A stretch of DNA of 64,000 bases from a virus (lineage: Duplodnaviria > Heunggongvirae > Uroviricota > Caudoviricetes), in the IMG/VR virus record IMGVR_UViG_2827179085_000005, positions 64,001-128,000 of that record, one strand, 5' to 3'. The number at the start of each line of letters is the position of its first letter. Position 1 is the first letter of the stretch. Shown here piece after piece: positions 32,994-43,423 of this stretch. The notes under the pieces were generated by a model that was not told the origin of the DNA, did not search any database, and worked only from the letters and a program-made list of their open reading frames with translations. The position numbers were made by a program, and so were the translations under genes.

Positions 32994-35243
32994 TTATGCG
33001 CTTTTAAGCATCTCTGGCAGGAATGTTTGTCGCTTAGTGGACTTGTTTGTTTCGATAGAGAATTGTAAAGCTTTCAACTCTACTGGCATAAACAACGCCT
33101 TACTAGCCCTTGTCATAGCTGTGTATGTCAACTGTCGATTCAGAAGCACATATGATGAGTAATCCATTGCAAATACAACGTAATTCCACTGGCTACCTTG
33201 ACTCTTATGTACTGTAATTGCATAAGCCAAGTCAACCCTGTTCATTTCAGATTTGGCGAATCTGATGTCACCAACACCTTCGAAATCAATTACGATTTCT
33301 CCTGTGGCTTCTCCATCCTTATTGATATAGGCAGAGTTGATATACTTGATAATACCAATCGTTCCATTGAAGACACCTTTGTCGTAGTTGTTACCATTGA
33401 GGATAATCTTATCGCCTTCGATGAAGGTAACGTTCTTCTTTTCTATTTTGTATATTGGGTCTACATTCTCAGGGTCTTGGTTAAATAACTTTTGACATGC
33501 TTCATTAATGCTCTTAGCACAATTCTTACCTCTAGTCTTCATCGGAACTATGATTTGGAAGTCGAGAATGTTACCAGTTCCAAATTTCTTTGCGATACCC
33601 ATAACCTGATTAAATACCTTGTCTCCATCTTCATAAGAGTAAAGATATAAATCCTGTAATTCGCCAAGTCTCTGATACCCAAAGTCTTTATTAGTTACGA
33701 ACTTTTTACCTTCACGAACTAGATTTGCACAAGATAAGATACCAGACTTTTGGGCTTGTCTGTGAACAATCGTCAACTCAACCTTCGGAACCTTATTGCT
33801 TTCTAGTAAATCTACAAGCACGTTCCCTACCCCAATCGGTTCAAGCTGTGCTGTATCGCCAGTTATAATCAACTTGGCTCCATCCTTGATCGCTCTCATC
33901 ACATAATAGAACAATTCAGAATTAACCATAGATGCTTCATCAAGGATGATGATGTCTTTCTCCAAGTGATTATATTCGTCGTATATCCATCCCATTTGAG
34001 GATTATATCCATATAGTCTGTGAATCGTGTAAGCGTCAAGTCCTGTTGATTCCTGAATACGCTGGCTTGCCTTGCCTGATAGAGCGCACGTAGCATATTC
34101 AAGTCCTTTAATAGTTCTGAGAACTTCGACGATACCTTTAATTACTGACGTTTTACCTGTACCAGCTTTACCATTAACGATCAGAATATTATGCTCAATA
34201 GCATAAACAATCGCTTTCTTTTGTTCATCAGTGAAAGGGAACCCTTGCTTTTCTTCAACATGAGCAATGATCTCATCCAAATTCTCAACCTCATGCTCAA
34301 ATTTGGCATTCAGTAGACGGAAAACATTCTCCTTAATTTGCAATTCGTACTTATGGTATTCTCTGAGATAAATAATGTTTTCTTCCTCGTCTATAACGTA
34401 CTTTCTCGTTTTTGCTTCTGTAATCAATGCATCCTTAATACTGCTAATACTTAACTCTAGAAGTTTAATAGATTCATTAATCAACCTCGTTAGCTTCATC
34501 CAGCAATGACCATTACCAGACTCTTCACTAAGTACATATTCAGCACATGAAACTATTCGATGCTTAGAATCTTTCGCCACACCCATCTTTAATGCCATTT
34601 CATCAACCTTCTTAAATCCAAATCCATCCAGTTCTGTTAGGATGTACGGATTTTCGTTGATCTTATCAATGAGCATATCTGGTGAACCGTACTTATCAGA
34701 AAGCTTTTTGACTGAGCCGTATGGTATTCCATATTCCCCTGTCAGCGTTATGATCGCTCTCTGGTACTTCTCATTAGCCAGTATCTTATCCTTGATCTTA
34801 GCTAGTGTAGCTTCGCCTATCCCCTTCACAAGAGACAGATCAAGCTTATCATTCTTGATTAAATCTACAAGATTCTCATGAGGATAAGCGGCTGTAAGAG
34901 CGCTCGTCTGGAACTCACTCAATATCGAAGATAAGAATGTAAGCTGTTCTTCGCGAGTGGTGAACATCTTCATATAAATCTGCCCATTAACCACTTCGTA
35001 ACCTAATCCGAATTTCGGATCTTTCTTGCGACATACCATAGCCGTATATGTCTTACCTATTTGTAGATCAGGCATCCCACCCTTAATCGTTATGTTTCCA
35101 TAAGGATTAAGTTCTACCAAATCCCAATTCTCCGAATCTACTACATTAACACCGAATATACCAAAATCATTGTAATCCGCAAACGGCTTCGGAAATAGCC
35201 TTCTCTGTGGAATTACCACTATCTCAAACTGTTCATCAGACAT
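32994..35243 (-). CDS. recD2: RecD2-like ATP-dependent SF1B DNA helicase
   Basis: HhH segment LVKGIGEATL, Walker A GKAGTGKT, DEASMV, GDTAQLEPIG, HRQA, YAITVHKSQGSQW, YTAMTRA. Confidence 0.92.
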   Translation of the reverse strand: MSDEQFEIVVIPQRRLFPKPFADYNDFGIFGVNVVDSENWDLVELNPYGNITIKGGMPDLQIGKTYTAMVCRKKDPKFGLGYEVVNGQIYMKMFTTREEQLTFLSSILSEFQTSALTAAYPHENLVDLIKNDKLDLSLVKGIGEATLAKIKDKILANEKYQRAIITLTGEYGIPYGSVKKLSDKYGSPDMLIDKINENPYILTELDGFGFKKVDEMALKMGVAKDSKHRIVSCAEYVLSEESGNGHCWMKLTRLINESIKLLELSISSIKDALITEAKTRKYVIDEEENIIYLREYHKYELQIKENVFRLLNAKFEHEVENLDEIIAHVEEKQGFPFTDEQKKAIVYAIEHNILIVNGKAGTGKTSVIKGIVEVLRTIKGLEYATCALSGKASQRIQESTGLDAYTIHRLYGYNPQMGWIYDEYNHLEKDIIILDEASMVNSELFYYVMRAIKDGAKLIITGDTAQLEPIGVGNVLVDLLESNKVPKVELTIVHRQAQKSGILSCANLVREGKKFVTNKDFGYQRLGELQDLYLYSYEDGDKVFNQVMGIAKKFGTGNILDFQIIVPMKTRGKNCAKSINEACQKLFNQDPENVDPIYKIEKKNVTFIEGDKIILNGNNYDKGVFNGTIGIIKYINSAYINKDGEATGEIVIDFEGVGDIRFAKSEMNRVDLAYAITVHKSQGSQWNYVVFAMDYSSYVLLNRQLTYTAMTRASKALFMPVELKALQFSIETNKSTKRQTFLPEMLKSA

Positions 35244-35379
35244 AGTTTCCCTCCAAACATAATTGTATACTGTAATAGTATAGTACTTTCTTTGGCTTGC
35301 ATCAAGTGTTATTTATTTGTTTTTTCTTTTGTAACATATGAAAGCTTTTAAAGGTTTTAAATTCTTTTAAATGTTTTTG

Positions 35380-35408
35380 TTGACTCCAACTCTTTCCAAT
35401 GATATATT
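35380..35408 (+). promoter_or_regulatory. SigA-type promoter of the recombinase gene
   Basis: TTGACT-17-TATATT. Confidence 0.6.
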
Positions 35409-35445
35409 GTTCACATAACCGATATGTGAAACGGAGGAATTAATT

Positions 35446-36489
35446 ATGAGTAACCTTTCATTGGCAACAGTAAATAACGTGGCGTATACATATGACCAGA
35501 AATTTGTATCATTCTATGAGCAATTTATCAAGAGTCAACGTGCTGAAAATACGGCAGATGCATACAGAACTGACTTAACTCAATTTTTTAAGTTTACTTT
35601 TAATAGAGAACCACAATTCGTTAGGATTTCCGATATTGAGCAGTTGACAAGCGTTGATGCAATGGCTTATCACAACCACCTCAAATCAAAGAAATTAAAG
35701 AATGCATCCATTAAGAGAAAAATTTCATCTGCCAGAGAGTTTATAAAATCATTGAAAGTAGATTACCCTGCTATTAACGAATATATTTTTGATAATGTTA
35801 AGCTGGATAGCGTAGACCTTGATCGTAAAGGTTATGGAAATCTCGAATGGGATGAAGCTTTTCTTTTTATCGAATATGCTTACATCGAACAGATGGAAGG
35901 TAATCAGATGGCTATGCTTCTAAAGCTTGCTTCCATTACATCTATTCGTCTTGAAGCACTTCTTACATTGACTTGGGAAGATGACTTTAGAACTAAAATG
36001 GAAAAAGGTGTTCTGGTTAATTACATAGATAAGGTTGATAAGAAGACTAGACACCAGACTCCTATTTCAGACAAGTTTTATAACGAATTAAGACTTATGT
36101 TAGGTACTAGTGGAAAGCTATTCCCTAACTTGTATAAACATAAGGTCGGCTTATTCTTAAAGCAGATTCGTGAATATTTCGAGATCGACCCTAATAGAAA
36201 TATTCGTTTTCATAGCTTTAAGAAATGTGGGGTAAATAGAGTTCTTGAAAAGACAGGAGATCTAACGAAGGCACAAATACAGGGGAAACATAAATCTATC
36301 ATCACGACACAGAACAGTTATGTGGCACTTAAAGATGATTTAACGTTGAAGCCATCCTATACACTCGATCAAGATATCAATGTCGTAGATGAGATTAAAC
36401 ACCTATCTAGTGACGAACTGTTGAATGCGATAGCACAATTGAGCGACAGCGCACAGTTTGAATTGTTGAGAATTATTAATAAAGGGTAG
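35446..36489 (+). CDS. Tyrosine recombinase/integrase
   Basis: N-terminal SAM-like domain (TADAYRTDLTQFF), SIRLEAL (R), FHSFKK (HxxK variant), GKHKS, NSYV (Y). Confidence 0.8.
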   Translation: MSNLSLATVNNVAYTYDQKFVSFYEQFIKSQRAENTADAYRTDLTQFFKFTFNREPQFVRISDIEQLTSVDAMAYHNHLKSKKLKNASIKRKISSAREFIKSLKVDYPAINEYIFDNVKLDSVDLDRKGYGNLEWDEAFLFIEYAYIEQMEGNQMAMLLKLASITSIRLEALLTLTWEDDFRTKMEKGVLVNYIDKVDKKTRHQTPISDKFYNELRLMLGTSGKLFPNLYKHKVGLFLKQIREYFEIDPNRNIRFHSFKKCGVNRVLEKTGDLTKAQIQGKHKSIITTQNSYVALKDDLTLKPSYTLDQDINVVDEIKHLSSDELLNAIAQLSDSAQFELLRIINKG

Positions 36490-36505
36490 CTCGTGGCTAC
36501 CCTTT
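36481..36505. terminator. Bidirectional terminator hairpin
   Basis: AAAGGGTAGC/GCTACCCTTT perfect stem overlapping the recombinase stop. Confidence 0.65.
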
Positions 36506-36514
36506 CAATTTAGT

Positions 36515-36648
36515 TTTTCCTAAAAGTATCACTTTTTTCCCATCAGATATAATTAGTAAAGTATTATATAATACTCTTTTAATATATATTATATATATTA
36601 TATATTCTATTTATATAAGAGGGGAAAAATATGATACTTTTAGGAAAA
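36515..36648. repeat. 27-bp inverted repeat (25/27 identical) around an AT-rich core; candidate origin or recombination site
   Basis: Left arm TTTTCCTAAAAGTATCACTTTTTTCCC (36515-41) versus the reverse complement of 36622-48; core contains the palindrome TAATATATAT-T-ATATATATTA. Confidence 0.75.
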
Positions 36649-36823
36649 TGAATGTAAATGTCAAAGAAAGTACCGTCATACTATTTTAATGCATTTAAAG
36701 GCGCTTTTGAGCGACTTTTATCCTCAGACGAACAACCAGTCGGATTAATGTCTGCGACATCACCTTGACCCATTACTGGCTGTCTGAGAACCAAAAAGCG
36801 ATAGCCATGATCTGTGCCATGAA

Positions 36824-37608
36824 CTATCGCTTAACAGAATAGATCTTTTGAAGAAGCTTATTGTCGAAGATTCTCCTTGTGCTTTCAAGAAAGCCCATCT
36901 CTTCAAGTCGAAGAATGTAAGTCTTTATCGTTCTATCGCTACATCCTACTATCTTCCCTAGCTCGACATACGTAATTTGATAAGCATTAGAATACTTGTC
37001 ACACATCATGCTAATGTATCCATAAATAAAAAACCAACATGTCCAAGCTTTTCGTCGGAAATAATATCAATGAATCGCTTAATGTCGATGCTATGTGTAT
37101 TCTGAAAAGAATAGAATGTTCCAGTGTAGTCTTCATTGTTAAATCTCTTCATGCCTTTAATTGGTTCCTTGATGGAGAACCTCGGACTATGATTCAATTC
37201 CAAGTTAGGCATCCTCTTACGTAATTCTTTAATTAATCCAAATTCCAATATGCCATTGTCCATATAACATCCAACAGGATAGTCAGTAGTTGTTTTTGTG
37301 TACCCTATCTGGTCAAGCAATCCACCATTCTTCGTTATGTATGAAACTAGAGTCTTGTTACCAGCAAACAACTTGATGATATTCTGTTGACTGTAAGATT
37401 CAGTATTGCCACCATATAGCGTGTTTCTGTACAGGTGACTTATTAGATAATAGTACGCATACGCAAAGCACTTATGATTAAAGCTTTTGAACACAGCTTT
37501 GTCTAAGTCTTCGAATATTTCATTTGGCATTTGGACATTTATGCAATCATTCGAGTTGAGCCACGATTCTAAACTAGCTTTGTCCACGCCGATACCTCCA
37601 TTCTTCAT
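36824..37608 (-). CDS. wHTH DNA-binding protein (Rep-like), about 261 aa after frameshift repair
   Basis: One extra base in the run at 37028-33 fuses the 200-aa and 61-aa ORFs; C-terminal HTH ITYVELGKIVGCSDRTIKTYILRLEEMGFL. Confidence 0.6.
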
Positions 37609-37915
37609 ACGGTATAATAGTACTTTCTTCGGCGTTAATAGTCAAGTCTAAAAGTATCACATTTTTCTGGTATCATACTTTTAAAGACTTTTAACTATAT
37701 AAATCTTTTTAAACCTTTGAGTTTCTTTTATTATCTTTTAACCGTTTAAAAGGTTTAAAATTTTTTCATAGTGTTTAATATGATGGCGATTGCTGTCGAA
37801 CTTTGAATCTATTTAAAGATGTTTTAAAGGTATTGCCAAGTTGTGTTTCTCTATGTTATATTACTATACAGATAGACAATCACACAAAGCTAAATAGATG
37901 AAAGGATGAGACAAA

Positions 37916-38881
37916 GTGGCAAATCAAGTTAAAAGAGCAGGACAAGCACAATCCTCCGCTGTTGTGGTAGAGGAAACTGAACCAACAGTAGGTATCATTT
38001 GCATTGATAATGGAGGATTCAACACTAAGATTTTTTCACAAGACATGGAGTACCCTGTTGTGATCGACAGCAAGAAGGCTTTTGGTCACAATAATTACAA
38101 TAACTTTGGAAGTTCGAGTAACTATCCAGAGGGTACATACAAGATTAAATGGAAGGGGAAGTACTATTTCTTTGGATTACTAGCCCTTCGTTCGAGAAAT
38201 CAGTTAAGTGGTTACACTGCTACAAAGTCAACTGATTATTTCATTCTTTCTGTGCTTCAAGCTTGTGCTTTGTATGGATACGATATTAACTATATTATGA
38301 CTTCTACACCATACCTCAGATACAGTGAAGAAGAACAAGAGCTTATCAATTCGAGACTTCGTGGCGATCATGAACTTGAAATCAACAATAAAGAATACAA
38401 ATTCACGATTGCAGAATCCGTTGTCGCGCCAGAAGCGCTCATTGCTTCCTATGCTGTGAAAAAACAAGGCATTCATAGATGGCTTGACTTAGGAAGTAGA
38501 ACAGTTGGATATGCTTCCACTCAGGTTCATGGTGATTTCTTTGAGTCTGTTGGTGGTGACTCATGCGGCACAATTGAGAAAGAAGGATTAGATATAAGAA
38601 AAGTACTAGAAGACAAAGAAGGAGACGAATTACGCGAGTTCTTGTCTGAGTACGTTGAGAATATTTACAATTACCTTTCCCCTATTTGGGAAGATAATGA
38701 TAACATTACTGCTTTTGGTGGTGGAGCATTGGTTCCAGAACTGGTTGAAGAGTTGCAATTCCGTTATCCTAACCTTTTACCTGATGAAGACCCTCTTACT
38801 CTCCAAGTTCGTGGTATGATGGCGTATGCACTGACACCAGAAGTATATGGAAGTGAAGAAGAATATGACGAAGAAAATTAG
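37916..38881 (+). CDS. parM: ParM/StbA-family actin-like partition ATPase
   Basis: Phosphate-1 IDNGGFNTK, VAPEA, phosphate-2 LDLGSRTV, adenosine FGGGA; promoter TTGCCA-18-TATATT at 37833-62. Confidence 0.85.
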   Translation: MANQVKRAGQAQSSAVVVEETEPTVGIICIDNGGFNTKIFSQDMEYPVVIDSKKAFGHNNYNNFGSSSNYPEGTYKIKWKGKYYFFGLLALRSRNQLSGYTATKSTDYFILSVLQACALYGYDINYIMTSTPYLRYSEEEQELINSRLRGDHELEINNKEYKFTIAESVVAPEALIASYAVKKQGIHRWLDLGSRTVGYASTQVHGDFFESVGGDSCGTIEKEGLDIRKVLEDKEGDELREFLSEYVENIYNYLSPIWEDNDNITAFGGGALVPELVEELQFRYPNLLPDEDPLTLQVRGMMAYALTPEVYGSEEEYDEEN

Positions 38882-39410
38882 CAGAAAAGAGAAATGGAGA
38901 AACCAATCTCTTAATCCATCTAATATCGACGAATATTTAACTGACCTGATAGAAGACACAAAAGGTCAGTACATCACGCAAGGAGTCTCCTTTAATAAGG
39001 ATGACTCCTACCAGATAGGACTTCTCAAACAAGCCCTATTGCAACATAGTACGTTTAGTGGTCTTGTGAAGCATTTGCTGACTCAATATTTTTCTGGTCA
39101 ACAGGCGCAACAAATGATGGTAAACCCAAACTTTGTTCCAATGCCATTTAGTCATACACGCGAGATTCAACAGCATGAGTCTGCACCTATTGCTCAACAA
39201 CAGCAACAGGAACAGGTTGCTACAGAGAAACAAGCTATACCTGTTGTGAAACAAGAGAATAACAAACCGCAAGCACCTAGACAACCACAGCAGAAAAAGC
39301 AGGAAGGTCAGGGAGGTCGCAAGCGAGTAACACCTAGTCGTCCTGCTGGTGGTGGATTATTAGCACCCAATCCAAATGCCAAGTTGCCATCAGACCCCTC
39401 TGCTAACTAG
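38847..39410 (+). CDS. ParR-like centromere-binding adaptor (RHH plus Q/P-rich tail)
   Basis: Overlaps parM; VSFNKDDSYQIGLLKQALLQHSTFSGLVKHLLTQYF resembles an RHH; disordered C-terminal tail. Confidence 0.6.
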   Translation: MEVKKNMTKKISRKEKWRNQSLNPSNIDEYLTDLIEDTKGQYITQGVSFNKDDSYQIGLLKQALLQHSTFSGLVKHLLTQYFSGQQAQQMMVNPNFVPMPFSHTREIQQHESAPIAQQQQQEQVATEKQAIPVVKQENNKPQAPRQPQQKKQEGQGGRKRVTPSRPAGGGLLAPNPNAKLPSDPSAN

Positions 39411-39428
39411 CGGAGGGATTTTTTTTAA
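39396..39428 (+). terminator. Terminator of the par operon
   Basis: CCCTCTGCTA/TAGCGGAGGG stem followed by a long T-tract. Confidence 0.7.
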
Positions 39429-39752
39429 ACATTACCTTTTAAACCTTTAAAAGTGTTTTATATGATTTTAATTACCATTAAACGTTTCAAACATGTTTAT
39501 ATAGTTTTATAATTATATAAAAGAAAAAGTATTTTTCGTTAGATATTTACACATTTTTGAGACTGTGGTACAGTTAAAAGTAGATTTGAGAGCAAATATT
39601 ATATCATTTTGGCACTATGCCTATCACCGTCTCTGTGATGGATTCTAATTGAGAATGAATTGAGAATCAGAACTTTGGCATTCATCAACAGAACATACAA
39701 CCTTTAAAAGATTATAAAACTTTTTTAAATTGTTTTAAATAGGGGTGATGGG

Positions 39753-40244
39753 ATGGATTTTGTTCCACACGAAGTATCGACAGCTTTGTATAATGGCATA
39801 AGCGATATCATAAGAAAATTACGTTCAACGCACAATAGAAATAATTGGAGCGATTATGAATCGCACGATTATTTGAGTCTGCCTGTAGCTATCGAGTGGT
39901 ATAAAGAACATAGCGTCCTATCTGCAACGCTTCTTGAAAAGGATTACAACAAGCTCGCAGAAGAAATTCAGGGGAGATACTTTCTATACGATTGGTACAA
40001 GCATTACAGGTTTACACTTAGATATCAGTCCATTAATGGCGATATAATAGAAGAAAAGAACCGCCTGATGGACAGAGAAGTGGTTAATAGAAAAGATATT
40101 ACTATCGGAAAGATATACAAAGTAGATGGGTTTTACATAAGAATAATAGAGACATTCGAATTGATCGACGACGATCATGGATGCTTTATAGCACAAGCTC
40201 TAACAGTGCCAGAACTAATTCAAATGAAGAAAGGAGAACATTAG
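39753..40244 (+). CDS. Hypothetical protein
   Basis: 163-aa ORF with RBS GGGGTGA. Confidence 0.55.
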   Translation: MDFVPHEVSTALYNGISDIIRKLRSTHNRNNWSDYESHDYLSLPVAIEWYKEHSVLSATLLEKDYNKLAEEIQGRYFLYDWYKHYRFTLRYQSINGDIIEEKNRLMDREVVNRKDITIGKIYKVDGFYIRIIETFELIDDDHGCFIAQALTVPELIQMKKGEH

Positions 40245-40246
40245 GC

Positions 40247-40427
40247 AAAAAAATAGCCCCTATCGTATTACCAGTACGATAAGAGCAACAAATAAGGTAA
40301 AGCCTATAAGGGTCGTCCAACCCATAATTGCGATTCATCACACAAAGCTACTGAAAGGCTCGTCAAAGCCATAACTGTAGTCTTGTTTAGCTATTTCTTA
40401 TTATAGCAGAACATGATGAAAATGCAA
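40247..40427 (-). ncRNA. Candidate about 150-nt small RNA with its own promoter and terminator
   Basis: Minus-strand TTGCAT-16-TG-C-TATAAT (40427-40400), hairpin plus T7 at 40286-40247, no RBS-led ORF. Confidence 0.5.
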
Positions 40428-40582
40428 CCCCTTTTAAACATTTTAAAGTCATATTTTTCAAATATTTTTATCAAACCTTTTAAACATTTTAAAATGACTT
40501 TAAACTCTATTAAATTACGGGTTCATAATCGCGTTATAAAAACCTTTTAAACCCCTTAAAAGCGACTAAAAATCGCTAAAAA

Positions 40583-41799
40583 ATGGCTAAAAATCGCTCG
40601 AATTGGGTCAAAATTTACAAAAAACAGCCCAAAACGACCGATTTCCTGTTTGTATTTGGTAATTATACGCCTAATTACATCAATATGAGTAAAAATCGCA
40701 AGATTTCAAGCCTAGAGTTCGATTATTTGGCTAATATGAAGCCATATATACCAGAAACAGATAAAGACAGCTATAAAGCGCTCAAATATACCATGCTTAA
40801 CAGCATTGAAGCTGTTTTTGGCGACAAATGGTTCAATTTAAAAGAAGCAACCAGACAGGCGATAGATTACATCTGCTTCCTGTCTATTGAGCGTGGTTTC
40901 GTTTATGCAAGCCCTGACCATATTGCTACTCGCTTTGGTATTGGCAAATCTACTGTATATGAAGCGTTAAAATTGTTGCGTGAGGAAGATATCCTGTTCA
41001 AAGCAAACAGATGCTCCCGTAAACAAAACGGATTGGGATGTGCTGTACACTTTTTCACCATCCATCCTTATTTTGCTCATATTAATGGTTATTTAAACCT
41101 TGATTGGAAAGCTAAAGAGAAAGCTGACTGGAAAGCTAATATCCCTGAAATCCCTTGTGAGACAAGCGTTCCGAGCGATTTGGAGACTCCTACCTTGTCT
41201 TTACCTTCTTACGACCTTAAAGAAAAGATTTACATACTAATGTTCCATCATCGTCATCGAATACATCTATCGTTAAGTGTGTTCCAAAAGAGATTAATGA
41301 ATTATATGCGAAACTCTTCGACTTTAGACTAAGATTTATTTGGGTCAAGATTACGCAAGCATGGAAGACGATCAAGAACGATACTCTTGACCGAGAGTTC
41401 CAGATTGAGATTGGTACGAAGATTATTAAGCGCATTTATCAGATTTGGAAAGAAAAAACGCACAATAACTCCGATATGACTATCGATGAGATGTGCGCGT
41501 TCGCTTACAAAGCAACAAGAGATATGGTTTATGGTATTCTTGCAGACGAGCATCTGGAAGTCTATGATGCAGAAGAAGTTGCAATTATGGGTGAAGCTGT
41601 ACGCACTATTCCTAAATACGAAGAGATTTGCTTAAATGTTTATCCTGAATACGACTACGAATCTGTCAAAGATTATGTATCTGCATCTCTGGAATGGGGA
41701 TTCAGTATGATGAGTCCAGAAGCAATGAACAGAATTTTGGATAATTATGATAGATACACAACGATACCTATTGCGAGTAGATTAGCTTTATGTTCATGA
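40583..41799 (+). CDS. Replication-initiator-like HTH protein, up to about 405 aa after frameshift repair
   Basis: HTH ASPDHIATRFGIGKSTVYEALKLL; one extra A at 41223-26 joins the 249-aa ORF through an open linker to the 107-aa ORF. Start uncertain. Confidence 0.55.
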
Positions 41800-41807
41800 T
41801 GCACATC

Positions 41808-42026
41808 TTAACTTGTTTTGATGTCATTGCTTAACAATAAGCATTCATGCAGGATGTTATTCGCTTTACGCATTACTTCAACAGTATTGCTAAATTCGAG
41901 AATACCAATAATATTAGAGCAAATTTCATTGATTTGAGAGATATTATATCCTGATTCTCGCATAGCTACAGATACAGTTCCGATGAATATTTCTTTGCTT
42001 GTAAGCTTGATTCCTGATCTATTCAT
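41808..42026 (-). CDS. Small hypothetical protein
   Basis: 72-aa ORF with RBS GGAGGTG. Confidence 0.55.
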   Translation of the reverse strand: MNRSGIKLTSKEIFIGTVSVAMRESGYNISQINEICSNIIGILEFSNTVEVMRKANNILHECLLLSNDIKTS

Positions 42027-43076
42027 ATTTACACCTCCTTTGGTAATATCAATTATTTACAACAATGATTGCTTTTATACTAATCCTAGTAATATTTTTT
42101 TAATTAATTTTAAAAGCAACACGAATAGCCAGAAATCCGTCGATTTCCAGCCAATTATCGGCTCCCCATGGGATGAAACCAGAGCAAATAACGAGGGTAT
42201 ACACCTCTGTTCGTGGCATTATGTATGAGCCTGTCGCGCAACAGCTAATGCTATTATCTAGTATATCCAACAGAAATTGATAGTATACATTCGGTAATAG
42301 ATTGCTCTGGAAGGACGTTTGGATAGCTTTATCGGAGATGATGTGGTTTTGCTACACGATAAGCGATGCTGGATCGTAATATTATCGCCAGAGAGACTAG
42401 GAATACCCTGTGAGCCGTTAGGGAGTTATATCGTATATTTGTGCTAGATTTACGAGAGAGCCTTATCGTGGCTACGAGAGCGTCCGTGGGTCGTAAATTG
42501 AAGTCGGAAGTGTGGGTGGGTGTGTACACTCATTGTGAAATGGAAATGATTTGCTTTCATCTGTAAACCATCCCCCGCCCTTCTGTCTATCCTTTTCACA
42601 TATTTTTAGTTATGGGGAAACGGACGGTAAAAAGTTATCAAGAAGAAAATTATTTGAATCGAAAAAAGTATTTTTGCCGTGTTCTAAAATGTTTCCTTAT
42701 TGCAACTTAGTTACCCTGTTTCAAAATAATTATTATCTATTTTAATATTTCTATCGCAAAATTCTTTTTCCTTCCTATCAAATAGTTTCCCAGATGCAAA
42801 ACTATTTGGATGAAGAAAAACTTTTTCGACTCGTATTATAATTAGTGTAGGCGTGAGGCTTGCTTACTACTTCCCATCAAAAACCAAACCACGACACCAC
42901 CAAAAACCCACCAACAACCAACGCAACGCGCTACCAGACGCAACAAAACGCCCTTTTCAGCGTGTTTTCCTTGTGTAAGTCCTATTGTCCACCTATTGCC
43001 CAAAAACGCCTTACAATCAAAATTCAAAAAAACAAAATTATTTTGCAAAAAGCGTGTTATTTTCTAAAATAATGCT

Positions 43077-43105
43077 GTACTTTCTTAGGCATGTATGGTA
43101 TATTT
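43077..43105 (+). promoter_or_regulatory. SigA-type extended -10 promoter overlapped by an operator motif
   Basis: TG-G-TATATT near 43097-43105; GTACTTTCTTAGGC (43077-90) covers the -35 region. Confidence 0.5.
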
Positions 43106-43158
43106 AATACATCGGAAGGGAACACAAAATACTAACCACTGAATGGGAGGAACTACCA

Positions 43159-43308
43159 ATGTCACTACAACAACAATTTGAAATGATCTACGCGCAACGC
43201 AAGCAAGCAGAAAAGGCGAACAACAAAAAACGCATCATCATGCACAACGTTATCCTTGACAAAGGAGAAAAGTCCAAGCTTTACAATAAGAATGTTTATG
43301 TAATGTAA
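43159..43308 (+). CDS. Small basic protein (49 aa)
   Basis: RBS GGGAGG; MSLQQQFEMIYAQRKQAEKANNKKRIIMHNVILDKGEKSKLYNKNVYVM. Confidence 0.6.
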   Translation: MSLQQQFEMIYAQRKQAEKANNKKRIIMHNVILDKGEKSKLYNKNVYVM

Positions 43309-43423
43309 TCAACGTGTGGGATTCTCTAGTCCACTTTTGTACAATCGTAACGAACACGAACGGAACGAAACAAACGCATTTGAGGGAATGCGAAAAACCA
43401 AACGGAAAAGGAGAAATAATATC

